NCBI GenBank assembly: GCA_964016885.1
Contig: OZ024741.1
Location: forward strand, 68,014,001 to 68,078,000
DNA from: Eledone cirrhosa
Taxonomy: Eukaryota
Reading direction: 5' to 3'
Length of the DNA stretch: 64,000 nt
The position numbers and the translations under genes were made by a program. How positions within the stretch are numbered: position 1 is the stretch's first letter; every line of letters begins with the position of its first letter. Below are positions 25,033-38,129 of this stretch, one piece after another. The notes under the pieces were generated by a model. The model made no database searches, was not told the DNA's origin, and worked only from the letters and a program-made list of their open reading frames with translations.

Positions 25033-25305
25033 TCTAAAAAGTTAAAATGATAAAGTATTACTACTATATAACTTACATCTATTGTTGTAACACCATTGAA
25101 ATGCAAAGTTTCACCAATTCACTATTATGCACTAATCATCTCAAATGCATTCATGATTTACTAGCTTTGTCATTAAGCCAGTTTCCTCAACTAGATTGCA
25201 ATTATACTCAAAAGAACTTTAAAATGTCAATCACTTGTCAGTAATTCACTATGATCATTTAATTATTAGATAGTTGTTGCTTGCATTGCCTTAAAAAATA
25301 GTAGA

Positions 25306-26398
25306 CCAGATAGAAAAATGCGTACAGCAAAAAAAAGTAATATTGTTGGAATATAAACCTTTAAAAATACAGGACAAGAAACTAAAATAAAACTTTAAAA
25401 GAATAGGACAAGAAACTAAGATAAAACTTTAAAGAATTGGACAAGAAATAAAAAATGTTACAATAATATTAGTGGCAAAATTTTTTTATTCGTTTCCTGT
25501 GCTATGCCCCAGTATCTTCTTGATTAGTGCATAATAATTGTCATGCTCTCATTGTGCGTTGCCCCTGAGCGGTTGGTTCTGGTTGGGGTTGGTTGGCTCA
25601 GCAGTTCTGCTCCGTCAGAATGACAATTGCAAGAAGAATTGGCCGATGCATCTGCAGGTCTCCTCCAAGAATGCACTTCTGGTCCCGCAACACCAGACGA
25701 AGATGGAGAAGAGGACCGGGACAAGATGTCGACTCTGACCACCAACTACGGCACCTCCCTCAACCACCGGTCCTCCCTCCCTCTGTCCCGTCATCCCTCC
25801 AGTCCTCCTGCTCCCCCTTCCTGTACCAGAAAGCTGTGGCACGCATTCATCTGGACTGCCGGACTTGAACTCAAGGACAAGATGCAAGGAGAAGATGGAC
25901 GGGTTGGTCAAGATCAAGGATGAGCGGGACGACAAGACCGTCCGCTGCTGCTCAAGATCTGTGCTGATGGGCCCATGGGTCCATTCACATTATGCGTAAC
26001 ACATGAAGCGTGTCGCCGAATGATGAAATAGGGGTATGGTTATGGCCCAATTGGTGTTCAAACCAGGATCAAATGATCCCCCCGGTCTGACGACGACCTC
26101 TGAATGTGGAACCCAGAGCCTATGAATGTGAAACTCGATTTTTTACCAATAAAAATTTTGCCACTAATATTATTGTAAAATTTTTTATTTCTTGTCCAAT
26201 TCTTTAAAGTTTTATCTTAGTTTCTTGTCCTATTCTTTTAAAGTTTTATCTTAGTTTCTTGTCCTATTCTTTTAAAGTTTTATCTTAGTTTCTTGTCCTA
26301 TTCTTTTAAAGTTTTATTTTAGTTTCTTGTCCTGTATTTTTAAAGGTTTATATTCCAACAATATTACTTTTTTTTGCTGTACGCATTTTTCTATCTGG
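25306..26398. repeat. Long inverted repeats containing 34 bp tandem units around a GC-richer core
   Basis: 25306-25490 versus 26148-26398, with 3 versus 5 copies of the GGACAAGAAA-containing unit. Confidence 0.85.
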
Positions 26399-26417
26399 TA
26401 TATATATATATATATAT

Positions 26418-26866
26418 AACCAAAGATTAGTATGGTTCGTTGATTACTCAATGAATACAATTTTGCAATAGATTAGAAGCACTCAACAGTTAGTTTTCCT
26501 GGAGTTTTTAATATTATTCAAAATATTAACAAATGAAAAATATTCTCATATTCAAAATATATACTTTATTATATATATTTCAAAGGTACTGTATTGTTTT
26601 TTCAGTACGTCCTCATCAGACAAAATATATGATTTGATACATGACATACCGCTACGGTCTTAATTATTCAATTCCAGTATTGGCAATTCCAGTATTGACT
26701 GCCAATACTGGAATTGAATAATCAAGACCGTAGCGGCATGTCATATATCAAATCATATATTTTGTCTGATGAGGACGTACTGAAAAAACAACACAGTACA
26801 TTTGAAATATATATAATAAAGTATATATTTTGAATATGAGAATATTTTTCATTTGTTAATATTTTG

Positions 26867-26875
<9 letters not shown>
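26418..26875. mobile_element. PLE-type foldback insertion with two inverted hammerheads
   Basis: Arms 26512-26685 and 26700-26874 plus a ~95 nt extension, TA flanks. Confidence 0.75.
26755..26826 (+). ncRNA. Type I hammerhead (inverted copy at 26559-26630)
   Basis: ATATATTTTGT-CTGATGA-..GTACTG/CAGTAC..-GAAA-TATATA-TA-ATAAAGTATAT, an 11 bp stem I with G-U pairs. Confidence 0.8.
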
Positions 26876-26906
<31 letters not shown>

Positions 26907-26940
26907 TACTACTACTAATATATATATATGTATACATATG

Positions 26941-26990
<50 letters not shown>

Positions 26991-26994
<4 letters not shown>

Positions 26995-27106
26995 GGAACC
27001 AACCGAATTTATAAATTTGTAAATTTATAAATATATAATAAATTAAATTGAAGTGAAACAACTGGTGCGTGTGGTTCTTATTGGCAACATGACCCTCCCA
27101 AAGTAT

Positions 27107-27112
<6 letters not shown>
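26991..27112 (+). mobile_element. Short 3' fragment of the 27414-29841 PLE family
   Basis: Matches 29649-29783. TA flanks. Confidence 0.7.
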
Positions 27113-27165
<53 letters not shown>

Positions 27166-27166
<1 letters not shown>

Positions 27167-27336
27167 CGAAGGAGTTGTGGTAAGGAACCAGATGGACCAT
27201 AACGCACCAGCCTACTCAATACCTAGGGTAGCAGAGTGGGCAATAGGAAAATGTATGACCTCGACGGCAGAGCTCAAGCCGTTTCGACAGCTATTTCTGG
27301 AGTCTAGAATAGACGCCGAAACGGCTTCAGCTCTGC

Positions 27337-27338
<2 letters not shown>
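27166..27338. mobile_element. Family A short foldback
   Basis: Same AACGAAGG start, with an inversion after GCTATTTCTGG. Confidence 0.8.
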
Positions 27339-27420
<82 letters not shown>

Positions 27421-27830
27421 ATACTTTGGGAGGGTCATGTTGCCAATAAGAAACACACGCACCAGTTGCTTTCACTTCAATTTATTATATATTTATAAAT
27501 TTATAAATCTACAAACTTATACATTTCTGGTTGGTTGGTTGGTTCCACAACCAGATAGTTGTTTATATATAGTCATAGTCCTTTCGTCACACACTCTGTG
27601 ACCTCTTCAGTGACTGGGGATTCCTTCTTTGTTTCTGTGCCTTTCCTTTCTTCTGTCCTACGCCATTTTGTTTCTGTGTGTGTGTTGTGTGCTCAGTTTG
27701 CGCATGCGCCACATCCGGGTGTCTGTGTGTGTTTGTGTTCATTTATCTATTTGTTTATTTATTTATTTATTTATTTACATGTTGTTGGTTGGTTGTTTGT
27801 TCTATGTGTGTGTGTGTTTTCATTGTGTCC

Positions 27831-28399
27831 TTAATTGTAAGTTGTGATGTTGCTGTTCCACTCATATTTTCTATTTAATTTTGGTTGTAATTCTTTTATG
27901 CTTACTGCCTCTGTAATTTGCCTAAACATTGCATCTTTTCTGTGTGTGGATTCTATTTTTATTTCTATGTTCTCTAATTTACCCTTGTGTTCTATCTTAG
28001 CATGTTGGTAGAGCACAGATGATTCTTTATTATCTTGAAGGTCTCGCCAGTGTTCATTTATTCGTTCCCCTATACTACGAGCTGTCTCACCTATGTACAC
28101 TATATTTTTGTTTCTACATTGTCCTTCAGTACATCTTATGCTATACACTACATTTCTAGTTTTACAGTTAATATGGGGGCTTATTTTACAGGTTATACAT
28201 TTCTTATCTATACATGAGGGTCTTTGGAACGGGTATGTCTTGCTAATAAGTGTTTTTACGGAGGTACCTGGTCTTTCTACTATCTTAATATTGAATTTAT
28301 GTTTATTTAGGGCCCTTCTAAATTTGTAGGCTAGTTCGCCTCTAGGGGTTGTATAGATGAACATTACACTCTGGTATTTATTGCTATCATACCATGAGT
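27831..28399 (-). pseudogene. Inverted copy of the PLE GIY-YIG region
   Basis: NVVYSIRC...YIGETARSIGERINEH...EAVSI...PKLN. Confidence 0.85.
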
Positions 28400-29364
28400 T
28401 TATAGACACAGAGCTCTGGTTAGATACCATTAACAACCAAAAACAAATCCTCCATTCCCATTATGCCAAACCCATGACTTCCAAACATCTGATCCACCGA
28501 AACTCGGCCATTTCGGACCATACCAAAATCAACATACTGATTGCGGATTTGGTACGGGTGATGAGAAATGTGTGCCGCATGTGAAACCCCGAAGAACTAG
28601 AGAGACACATACAACACTTCATCCACTGTATGCAGTTCTCTGGCTACAATCAGAGAGATAGAATCAGAGTGTATAGAGGAGCCAGAGCCAAATGGGAAAA
28701 AATGGTAAATAATGTCATAAATGGGACCTGCCCCTTGTATAGGAACAAATTTTGGAATAGAATAGAAAGAACTAGGAAGAAGGCCAATAGAATAAACTCA
28801 TGGTATGATAGCAATAAATACCAGAGTGTAATGTTCATCAATACAACCCATAGAGGCGAACTAGCCTACAAATTTAGAAGGGCCCTAAATAAACATAAAC
28901 TCAATATTAAGATAGTAGAAAGACCAGGTACCTCCGTAAAAACACTTATTAGCAAGACATACCCGTTCCAAAGACCCTCATGTATAGATAAGAAATGTAT
29001 AACCTGTAAAATAAGCCCCCATATTAACTGTAAAACTAGAAATGTAGTGTATAGCATAAGATGTACTGAAGGACAATGTAGAAACAAAAATATAGTGTAC
29101 ATAGGTGAGACAACTCGTAGTATAGGGGAACGAATAAATGAACACTGGCGAGACCTTCAAGATAATAAAGAATCATCTGTGCTCTACCAACATGCTAAGA
29201 TAGAACACAAGGGTAAATTAGAGAAAATAGAAATAAAAATAGAATCCACACACAGAAAAGATGCAATGTTTAGGCAAATTCCAGAGGCAGTAAGCATAAA
29301 AGAATTACAACCAAAATTAAATAGAAAATATGAGTGGAACAGCAACATCACAACTTACAATTAA
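28400..29364 (+). pseudogene. PLE RT C-terminus/thumb and GIY-YIG endonuclease, 5'-truncated, one in-frame TGA at 28582
   Basis: HYAKPMTS..HRNSA, SGY, CxxxxCxxC, YIGETTRSIGERINEH. ORFs 28357 and 28630 share a frame. Confidence 0.85.
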
Positions 29365-29583
29365 GGACAAAATGAAAACACACACACACATAGAACAAAC
29401 AACCAACCAACAACATGTAAATAAATAAATAAATAAATAAATAAACAAATAGATAAATGAACACAAACACACACAGACACCCGGATGTGGCGCATGCCCA
29501 AACTGAGCACACAACACACACACAGAAACAAAATGGCGTAGGACAGAACAAAGGAAGGCACAGAAACAAAGAAAGGAATCCCC

Positions 29584-29628
29584 AGTCACTGAAGAGGTCA
29601 CAGAGTGTGTGACGAAAGGACTATGACT
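29584..29628 (+). ncRNA. Minimal type I hammerhead (inverted copy at 27571-27615)
   Basis: AGTCA-CTGAAGA-G-GTCACA/TGTGAC-GAAA-GGAC-TA-TGACT. Confidence 0.85.
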
Positions 29629-29838
29629 ATATATAAACAACTATCTGGTTGTGGAACCAACCAACCAACCAGAAATGTATAAGTTTGTAGATTTATAAAT
29701 TTATAAATATATAATAAATTGAAGTGAAAGCAACTGGTGCGTGTGTTTCTTATTGGCAACATGACCCTCCCAAAGTATAACAATATCGGTTTCAACACAC
29801 GATTTCAGATAAAGAATCTTGCTAAACAAATTCAGAAA

Positions 29839-29917
<79 letters not shown>

Positions 29918-30078
29918 GAAAGTGAACAACACAAAATAACATCTCTATGTGACGAACGATCCAGACGTATATTATTATCGTCTGTGATCCAGAAACCTTT
30001 GGTAATGGAGTAGTTATATTTTGTGTTGTTCACTATATATATATATATATATATATACATATATATATGTGGGTGTAA

Positions 30079-30149
<71 letters not shown>

Positions 30150-30672
30150 TAGATTAAAAGTTCAAGCAAAAACTTAATCACCCTAAACGTAATCATTTGA
30201 AACGTTAAAAAATCAAGTAGTAGACGCAGAAATAGATATTTCAAAAAACGTTACGACCAAATATTGCCTTTAGAAAAGAGGAAGACAAAATCGTAGTGCG
30301 TAGGACGATATCTTGAGATGAGCGTCATTAGGTTGTGAGGGGAGGGAGAGAGAGAGAGTATGAAGTTAGATTGTTCTGAACTGTCACATCATGACGTATA
30401 TCATCAGCATATTGCCCGTTAGGATACAGTGTTGAACTGTAAAACAAAAATGTTTTATATAATATATGCTTACAAGCCGAAATAACCTCAGGTCTTTTGT
30501 TTAGGTTCATTCGTGGACGTAAAGTATTTCCCAGGCTTCAGTGGCACAAATATCACGCGGTCTTTTATTTCCGTTATAAGATCTACCTTTAACAAAGATC
30601 TCCCAGTGTAACCTAAACTCCAGATATAGACTGGAAGTAACGTCATATTCCTACAAAATGAATGAGAGTGCA

Positions 30673-30675
<3 letters not shown>
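30150..30675 (-). mobile_element. Decayed Naiad-like PLE 3' fragment
   Basis: HSHSF...YIWSL and LNKRPEVISACKH in shifted frames. Confidence 0.6.
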
Positions 30676-30705
<30 letters not shown>

Positions 30706-30811
30706 AAACGGCTTGACCGCATGCGTTGGGCAGGAAGCGAAATATTTACTTACTGTAGGGCTTGCAACCTTATAGTGTGGAAATAGGCTGTCTGAAGATT
30801 CATTTCTTTCC

Positions 30812-30882
<71 letters not shown>

Positions 30883-30904
30883 GTGTGTGTGTGTGTGTAT
30901 ATAT

Positions 30905-33508
30905 AACTTTGATAACTTTGATAGGTTTCAGCCAGTATTGGCCCAGGCCATGCCTAACTTAATAGCACCACCTGGCGAAGTCTTACAAATCAGTGTTTGG
31001 GCACCATGGCCCACTCGAGCAGAGAGTTATTGTTTACGGAGGCATATCCGGGTGTAGGAGGCTTATCCGGGATTTCTTGAAGGAATTTATCCAAAGATTT
31101 CTTGAACTTGATGGGGTCTGTCTCTGCTTTGATGCATTTTAGTGTAATGTTAAAGAGTGCAGGGCCAATTGAGGTGAAATAATTGTGCCGTATTGTTGTT
31201 ATGTGATGCGAGTGGGATTTTTGTCGTGGACCGATAGCACGGGGCCCAAGCCTTGGATGTAGACTAAAGGTGATGTCAACATCATTTGGGCTAAGCTGAT
31301 GGAATATTTTCCACATCATACAGATAATGTAGCGCTCACGGCGACGTTGAAGAGAATAAAGTTTGAGCTTTTCTAATCGACCCCAATAGTCAAGGCCTGT
31401 CATGCCATCTATCTTTTTTTGTGATTGACCTTTGGTGTGCTTCAACTTTCATGATACTTTGTTTCGTGTGGTGTGACCACAGTGGACAACAGTATTCAAG
31501 GTGGGGTCGGGCAAAAGTGGAGAAGAGAAGGACAACAGTGTGGATATCTCTCGACTGGAAAGTTCTGAGAATCCAGGAACACATTTTGCGGGCCATATCA
31601 ACTTTGCTGTTTATATGAGTGGCCCAGCTTATATTGTTGTCCACAATTACTCCCAGGTCTCTGATGTTATTGGAAGCCACTAGAGTTTCACCCGAAGGAA
31701 GAGAGTATGGTAGTTTCAAGGCATCCTTTTTTCCAAAGTGGATTAGGTCAAATTTATCCTCATTCAACAGCATATTATTCATTTCTGCCCATTGGATAAC
31801 AGCCAGTAGGTCTGACTGAAGGCAAGTCCGGTCATCCACCTCATTGATGACCCTTTGGAGCTTGGAATCATCTGCGAAGATTCTGATGTTGCTGTGTTTG
31901 ATGATGTCAGTAATATCATTAATGTAGATGATGAAAAGAAGTGGGCCCAACACAGTGTCTTGTGGGAAGCCACTGCCGACTTTGGCAGGGCTTGATTTTA
32001 CTCTTTCAACTACAGCATGCTGGGTTCTACCTGTCAGGAAACATTTGATCCACTGTAGTAACCTTCCAGAGACACCAGCATTTGATTTTTTCAGTAGAAT
32101 CTTATGATCAACCCTGTCGAAGGCCTTGCTAAAATTAAGGGAGATGACATCAGTGTTGGAGCCCTCTCCCAAGGCTCTCAAAACATCGTCAAAGTTATGC
32201 AGGAGCTGCGTTAGGCAGTCCCTTCCATTCCGGAACCCATGTTGGTTGGAGTTCAGCAGGCCGCTGCTTTCAAGAAAGTGGGTTATTCGTGATCTCACCA
32301 CCCTCTCAAATACCTTGATAATATGAGAGGTGAGTGAGATCGGACGGTAGTTCACTGCAAAGAACTTATTTCCCTTTTTGAAGACTGGGACAATGGACTG
32401 GGACAGAAAGTTTTCAGGAATATAGCCAGTGTCCAGTGAGTTCCTCCACAGATTAGCAAGAGGAGTTGCAAGTTGCTGTCGACACACCTTCAGGACACAA
32501 GCAGGGAACCTGTCGGGGCCTACTGCTGAATTGTGTTTAATTTCGTTTATTGCCGCTAAGACATCAGGGGCGCCAAACGTTATGTCTGATATAGTGTGTT
32601 GGCGGTTAATATCACTGATACGGCCCAGATCGGCCATATCAGGGTTGCTGAAAACAGAGCAGTATTGTTTCTGCAGTATCTCGCCCATGGTTTTGGCATT
32701 GTCCTGGAGTGTGCCATTTTCATCAACTAGGGGCCAACAGTGGAGACGGTGACCTTGTGTTTTTTAGCGAATGAGAAGAACACTTTGGGGTTGAGTTTGA
32801 TTTTCTCAATGGCCCACCTCTCTTCAGCTATTCTCTGGTTATTGATGATGGTCATGATGCATTGCTGGAGGTTATATTTTTTTGACTCAAGCAGGGTGAT
32901 AACCATTGAATGTGTGTTGCTGTTGGCAGTATTTTAGTGTGTTAATTTTTTTGTTTGTTCTTTTTATTTTTCTGATAATTGTTTTTCTGTTTTGGGGGTT
33001 ACTGCACTTGGTTTTGTTCACAGGTTTTGGTGGGGTGTGTTTTGTACATATATTTGTGACAGTGTCTACAAAGATCTGCCAAGATGTTTTAATGTTGGTG
33101 GAAGTGTGTGCGTGTGTAAAAGACCAGTCGACATGTAATAGTTAGTTCATAATTGCATCCCAGTTTGCATTGTAGGGATCCATGTTATCAAATGGGTGGG
33201 CTGGAGAGAGGACCCTGGGATTAGCTTTCGGCTGGTGGAATCTCAGGTTACAAAGAACCATGCCATAGTCTGAGAGAAGAATTTTTTCCACTGTAATATC
33301 ATGTATAGTGTTAGTGTGGTTACTAAACACTAGATCCAGAATGTTCTTCTGATGCCTCGTTGGTGCAAGGACAAGTTGGGACAAGAAAAACTCATTCATG
33401 AAGTCAAGAAGTGACTCGACAGCCTCTTTGTCAGTGGTTGAGGCTGTGGAGCCTGGTTTCAAACTACATGTAGACCAATCGACACAGGGTAGATTAAAGT
33501 CTCCCATT
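30905..33508 (-). pseudogene. CR1-group LINE ORF2 (end of AP endonuclease plus RT), 5'-truncated, frameshifted
   Basis: IMGDFNLP, LDLVF, NYRPISLTS, QHGFR, FSKAFDRVDH, FADDSKL, PHLEYCCPLW, YSLQRRRERY. Short repeat tail near 30905. Confidence 0.88.
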
Positions 33509-33900
33509 ATGTGTTTGTGTGTATGTGAGTGTCTGTATATGAATGTGTGTATGTGAGTGTGTACATGAATGTCAGTATGTGAATGTGTGTATGTTTTTGT
33601 GTGTATGTGGTTGTGTGTATGTGAGTGTTTGTATGTAATTGTGTGTATGTGAGTGTGTGTATGTGAGTGTTGGATGTGTTTGTGTGTATGTGTTTGTGTG
33701 TATGTGATTGTGTGTATGTGATTGCTGTGTATATGTACATTTCTATGTATATATATATATATATATACACAGTATATATACATATGTCTTTATATATGTA
33801 TATATATTATTATTATTCTATATAAAACTCATAAATACATTTATATAACTAGCTATGTGAGAGCGAGAAACCAAATTCTAATTTTGTCTATATAGATATA

Positions 33901-34037
<137 letters not shown>

Positions 34038-34394
34038 ATATATATATTTATACATATATATGTGTGTGTGTGTATATATTTATATATATATACATATTTT
34101 CATATATATACATATGTATATACACACACATATATATATATATATTTATATGTGCGTGTGCAATATGACACCCTACACCTTAATAACCCTTATTTATTCC
34201 CTATCCTAACTATCTCTAGTACATCTTTCTGCCTCTAATATATAAGAGCTTCACGTCCTTTCTAATTGACACTAATGGCGGCCATATATTACTTGCTAGC
34301 GTGCTATTACAAAAAAAAACATCCTTTTACACAAGGAACAAACAATAAATGATATATATGTTGGAATGATAAAAGAAGAGAAGCGTGTTTTACT

Positions 34395-35100
34395 TTTGTG
34401 TGTATGTGAGTGTATGTATGTTTGTCTGTATGTAGTTGTTTGTATGTGATTGTCTGTATGTGAATGTGTGTATGCGTTTGTGGGTATGTCGTTGTGTGTA
34501 TGTGGTTGTGTGTATGTGTTTGTGTGTATGTGTTTGTGTGTATGTGAGTGTCTGTATGTGAATGTGTGTATGTGAGTGTGTATGTGAATGTCAGTATGTG
34601 AATGTGTGTATGAGTTTGTATGTATGTGTTTGTGTGTATGTGAGTGTCTGTATGTGAATCGGTGTATGTGAGTGTGTATGTGAATGTCAGTATGTGAATG
34701 TGTGCATGTGTTTGTGTGTATGTGGTTGTGTGTATGTGAGTGTTTGTATGTAATTGTGTGTATGTGAGTGTGTGTATGTGAGTGTGTGTATGTGATTGTG
34801 TGTATGTGATTGTGTGTATGTGAGTGTGTGTATGTGATTGTGTGTATGTGTTTGTGTGTATGTGTTTGTGTGTTGTCATTGTGTGTATGTGATTGTGTGT
34901 GTGTGTGTGTGTTTGTGTGTATGTGTTTGTGTATATGTGATTGTGTGTATGTGTTTGTGAGTATGTTATTGTTTGTATTTGATGGTGTGTATGTCATTGT
35001 GTGTCCATAATTATGTACATTTCTATGTATGTGGGTATGTTCGTACGTGTTTATGTGTGACTGTGTGTGTGTGTGATTGCGTGTCTATGTTTATGTGCCT
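34395..35100. repeat. Complex (TG)-derived minisatellite (TGTGTATGTGA-like), similar block at 33508-33720
   Basis: Direct reading. Confidence 0.85.
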
Positions 35101-36457
35101 TTCTTTGTATGTGGATATGTGAATGCGTGTATATGTGTCCCCTCATTCAAAATCTCCTAAATAATAAGTTACTTTTTTATTAGTTTTACACAGTATTACA
35201 CTAAAATTATTTTCGTGAAGACTATTTGTATATTTTTCTTAATTTTTCATGTTTTTCTTTCTCTTCCGAACAGTTTAACATACAAATCATCGCCCTTATT
35301 TTTCTTTCCCCTTTTCAGTTATTTTTTACTCGTAGTAATATCAAATATACATATCTAATGTACCACGAATATTTCAATGGAGTGTATCTATTTGCCAAGA
35401 TGCTTCCATAAGATAAGTAAACGGAGATATATTTTGAAAAAAAAAATATGCTGGAAGAAATATATATATATATATACGTATATGTCATAAACATTTAAGC
35501 AATAAAAAATGGCGTCCACTATACATATAGAATATTGACGCCTTTTTCAAAATAAATAATTCAGAACCATATATAAATGTCAGATATAGAATTTAGAGCA
35601 AGTTAAAACCAACATAATAACGTCAGTTATATTTTGATTTTTTTCCTAAACATAAGATGTGTGTCTATGTATCTCTGTATGTGAGTGTGTGTAGTTATAT
35701 CTACATTAAGTTTATCTTAAAATATTCAAATATTCGCTGTTTTTTCTTAGTTAAAAGTCTTCATTGTTAAAAGTATGAAATGTGAAGTGTAAACACTCTC
35801 AAGTATTCTTTTGTACATAGAAAAATATCCATAAGGATTTCAGACATTATTGTGTCCTCTTCCCATGGTAATTGGACCTACAATTTTCTGTACGGTTGAA
35901 TATTGCTAAAGCAACGCTATATATGCTATATAGAATATATTAGGAAAAGCTGAAATTGTCAGTCTAATTTGCTTGACGTGAATACATTCGACAACGTAAT
36001 TAAATGATAAAATATTTTTTCTAGATCAAATTGTATATTTGAAGGTTTTAAGGTAAGTTTAATATAGATATAATTATTATTTTTACAAAGAAAATTTGCA
36101 ATTTGAAATATATCAACTCGCTCTTCGTATGATAGAAATTCAGAATGAATTACTGCACCATTTTGATACCTATTTAAATTTTGATACCTATTTAAATTTA
36201 AATCTTTCAACACTAATTGACGTGAGAACCATTTGTTAAATTATATTACAAATAACATATAATAATGAAATCATTACTTATTTCAGTAGATCACTACAAA
36301 CTGTTTATTAATTAATTCAAATACAGTGTATTGTATTATTGGGTGATTAAATGATTAAGAGATTCATTGACATTAGTACTGACACAAGATAACATGACTG
36401 TGTCAATTTTGATAAAGCCGAATGGTGATTAATACCTGACATTCTATATTCCACTTA

Positions 36458-36495
36458 AATTCTGAGGAAGGCGATGTTTGCCGAATATATTAGTT
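36458..36495 (+). ncRNA. Degenerate hammerhead
   Basis: AATT-CTGAGGA-A-GGC/GCC-GAAT-ATAT-T-AGTT followed by AATAAA. GAAA is mutated. Confidence 0.45.
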
Positions 36496-36695
36496 GCGTG
36501 AATAAATTATATTTAACTGAATTATCAGTAGGATTTCTCCATTTAACAATTATACAAACATTGCACGAAAACCAATTTCTCTTATTACTTTAACGGCATA
36601 TACATTATATATTCTTTTTATTATTTTGTTAAATGGCTTAAACTAAATAGTATATTTAAAATTACACATACATTATATGTATATGTATATATAAA

Positions 36696-36733
<38 letters not shown>

Positions 36734-37400
36734 TGTGTGTGTGTATGCATATATACATATATATGTATGTATATATACATATACATTATAAACATCTATG
36801 TATGTATATATATTAGGTCACTCTGATATAAAACCTGCGATTTCGTTTGCATCCAATGATGTAGAGCAGTTCTTCTTTTTGGGCAAATGCATTCCATGTT
36901 CAAAGAGTGAGATTGGCCCGTACAAAGCCTTTCCTCACTTAAAAAAGTTTCAAGCGCAGGTATCGATTGATATATGACATTTTTTGTGATGTATAGTATT
37001 GCTGACCATAAGCAAGTCCCTAGCAGGACTAAAAAGCCACGTCCATGATGCTCATGCTTAAGTATCAAGCGATGGCATTACTCGGAATCGATTTGCAGCC
37101 ATCATATAAAGTAAATTATATGAGTTGATAGCCCTAATGTAATGCTTTCAATATCCAGATTGGCGAAAGACAGTTCAGAGATAAATCCAGCTAGCATACT
37201 TCCGGTCATCGTAGATTTACAAATCACAGCGCATATATAACACAAATAAAACATCTCCAAAGTTCAACAATGAATACATTATTTATTTGATGTACATGTT
37301 TTATTCTTCTACAAATGTATTGAATACAACATCCTTTGGAGAAGAATGAAACATATGTAAATCAAATAAATGATGTATTAAATGTAAAACCGTGTGTTAG

Positions 37401-37531
<131 letters not shown>

Positions 37532-38073
37532 TGCGTGCGTGCGTGCGTGCGTGTGTGTATTAGAGTCCATGAAATGAAACAAATGGCTGCTGATGACTAT
37601 ACGCCAAGTTCAGTTGCTTATATAATTGTTGTAAATATGTAATTATACATGTAACCACATGCGCAGCCTGGTACTTTCGAAACCACTATAGTCCAAGTGT
37701 ATGTGCTTTGTTCTCAAGGATTTTATTATTTTCATCTTCTGTATAGGGTTCACACGTTATCTTTGTCTTTTGTTCCCAGTCCTTTCACATCGGAATAATG
37801 AAATGCCATTCTGAAGCAATGAATTCACTTCATGTATTCTCGTGTGTTGGTCGCGCTGATTCAAATAATTCCATTTGTGTTTCTATATATATTTTCTTTT
37901 ATTCTTTTACTGGTTTTGGTCATTAGACTGCGACCAAATTTGATTTCCACCTTTATTTTCCATTTTCTAAATCCATGATAGAATCTTACTTTGTCTTTGC
38001 TTCTTTAGTATCTTGCTTAGCTATTGTGGCCAACCCAGTGAAATACGGACGTTAACAATGATGATGATGATGG

Positions 38074-38129
<56 letters not shown>

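Larger units (their letters stand above)
27414..29841 (+). mobile_element. PLE 3' portion with ~1 kb inverted duplication in (TA)n
   Basis: 27414-28399 is a near-identical reverse complement of 28793-29783. 58 nt 3' extension. Confidence 0.88.

Noticed and set aside
26148-26345. 34 bp repeats as a CRISPR-like array
   Set aside because: Head-to-tail units with no unique spacers, in a eukaryotic context.
36796-37240. 90 aa minus-strand ORF as host exon or transposase remnant
   Set aside because: No recognisable motif or convincing splice sites.
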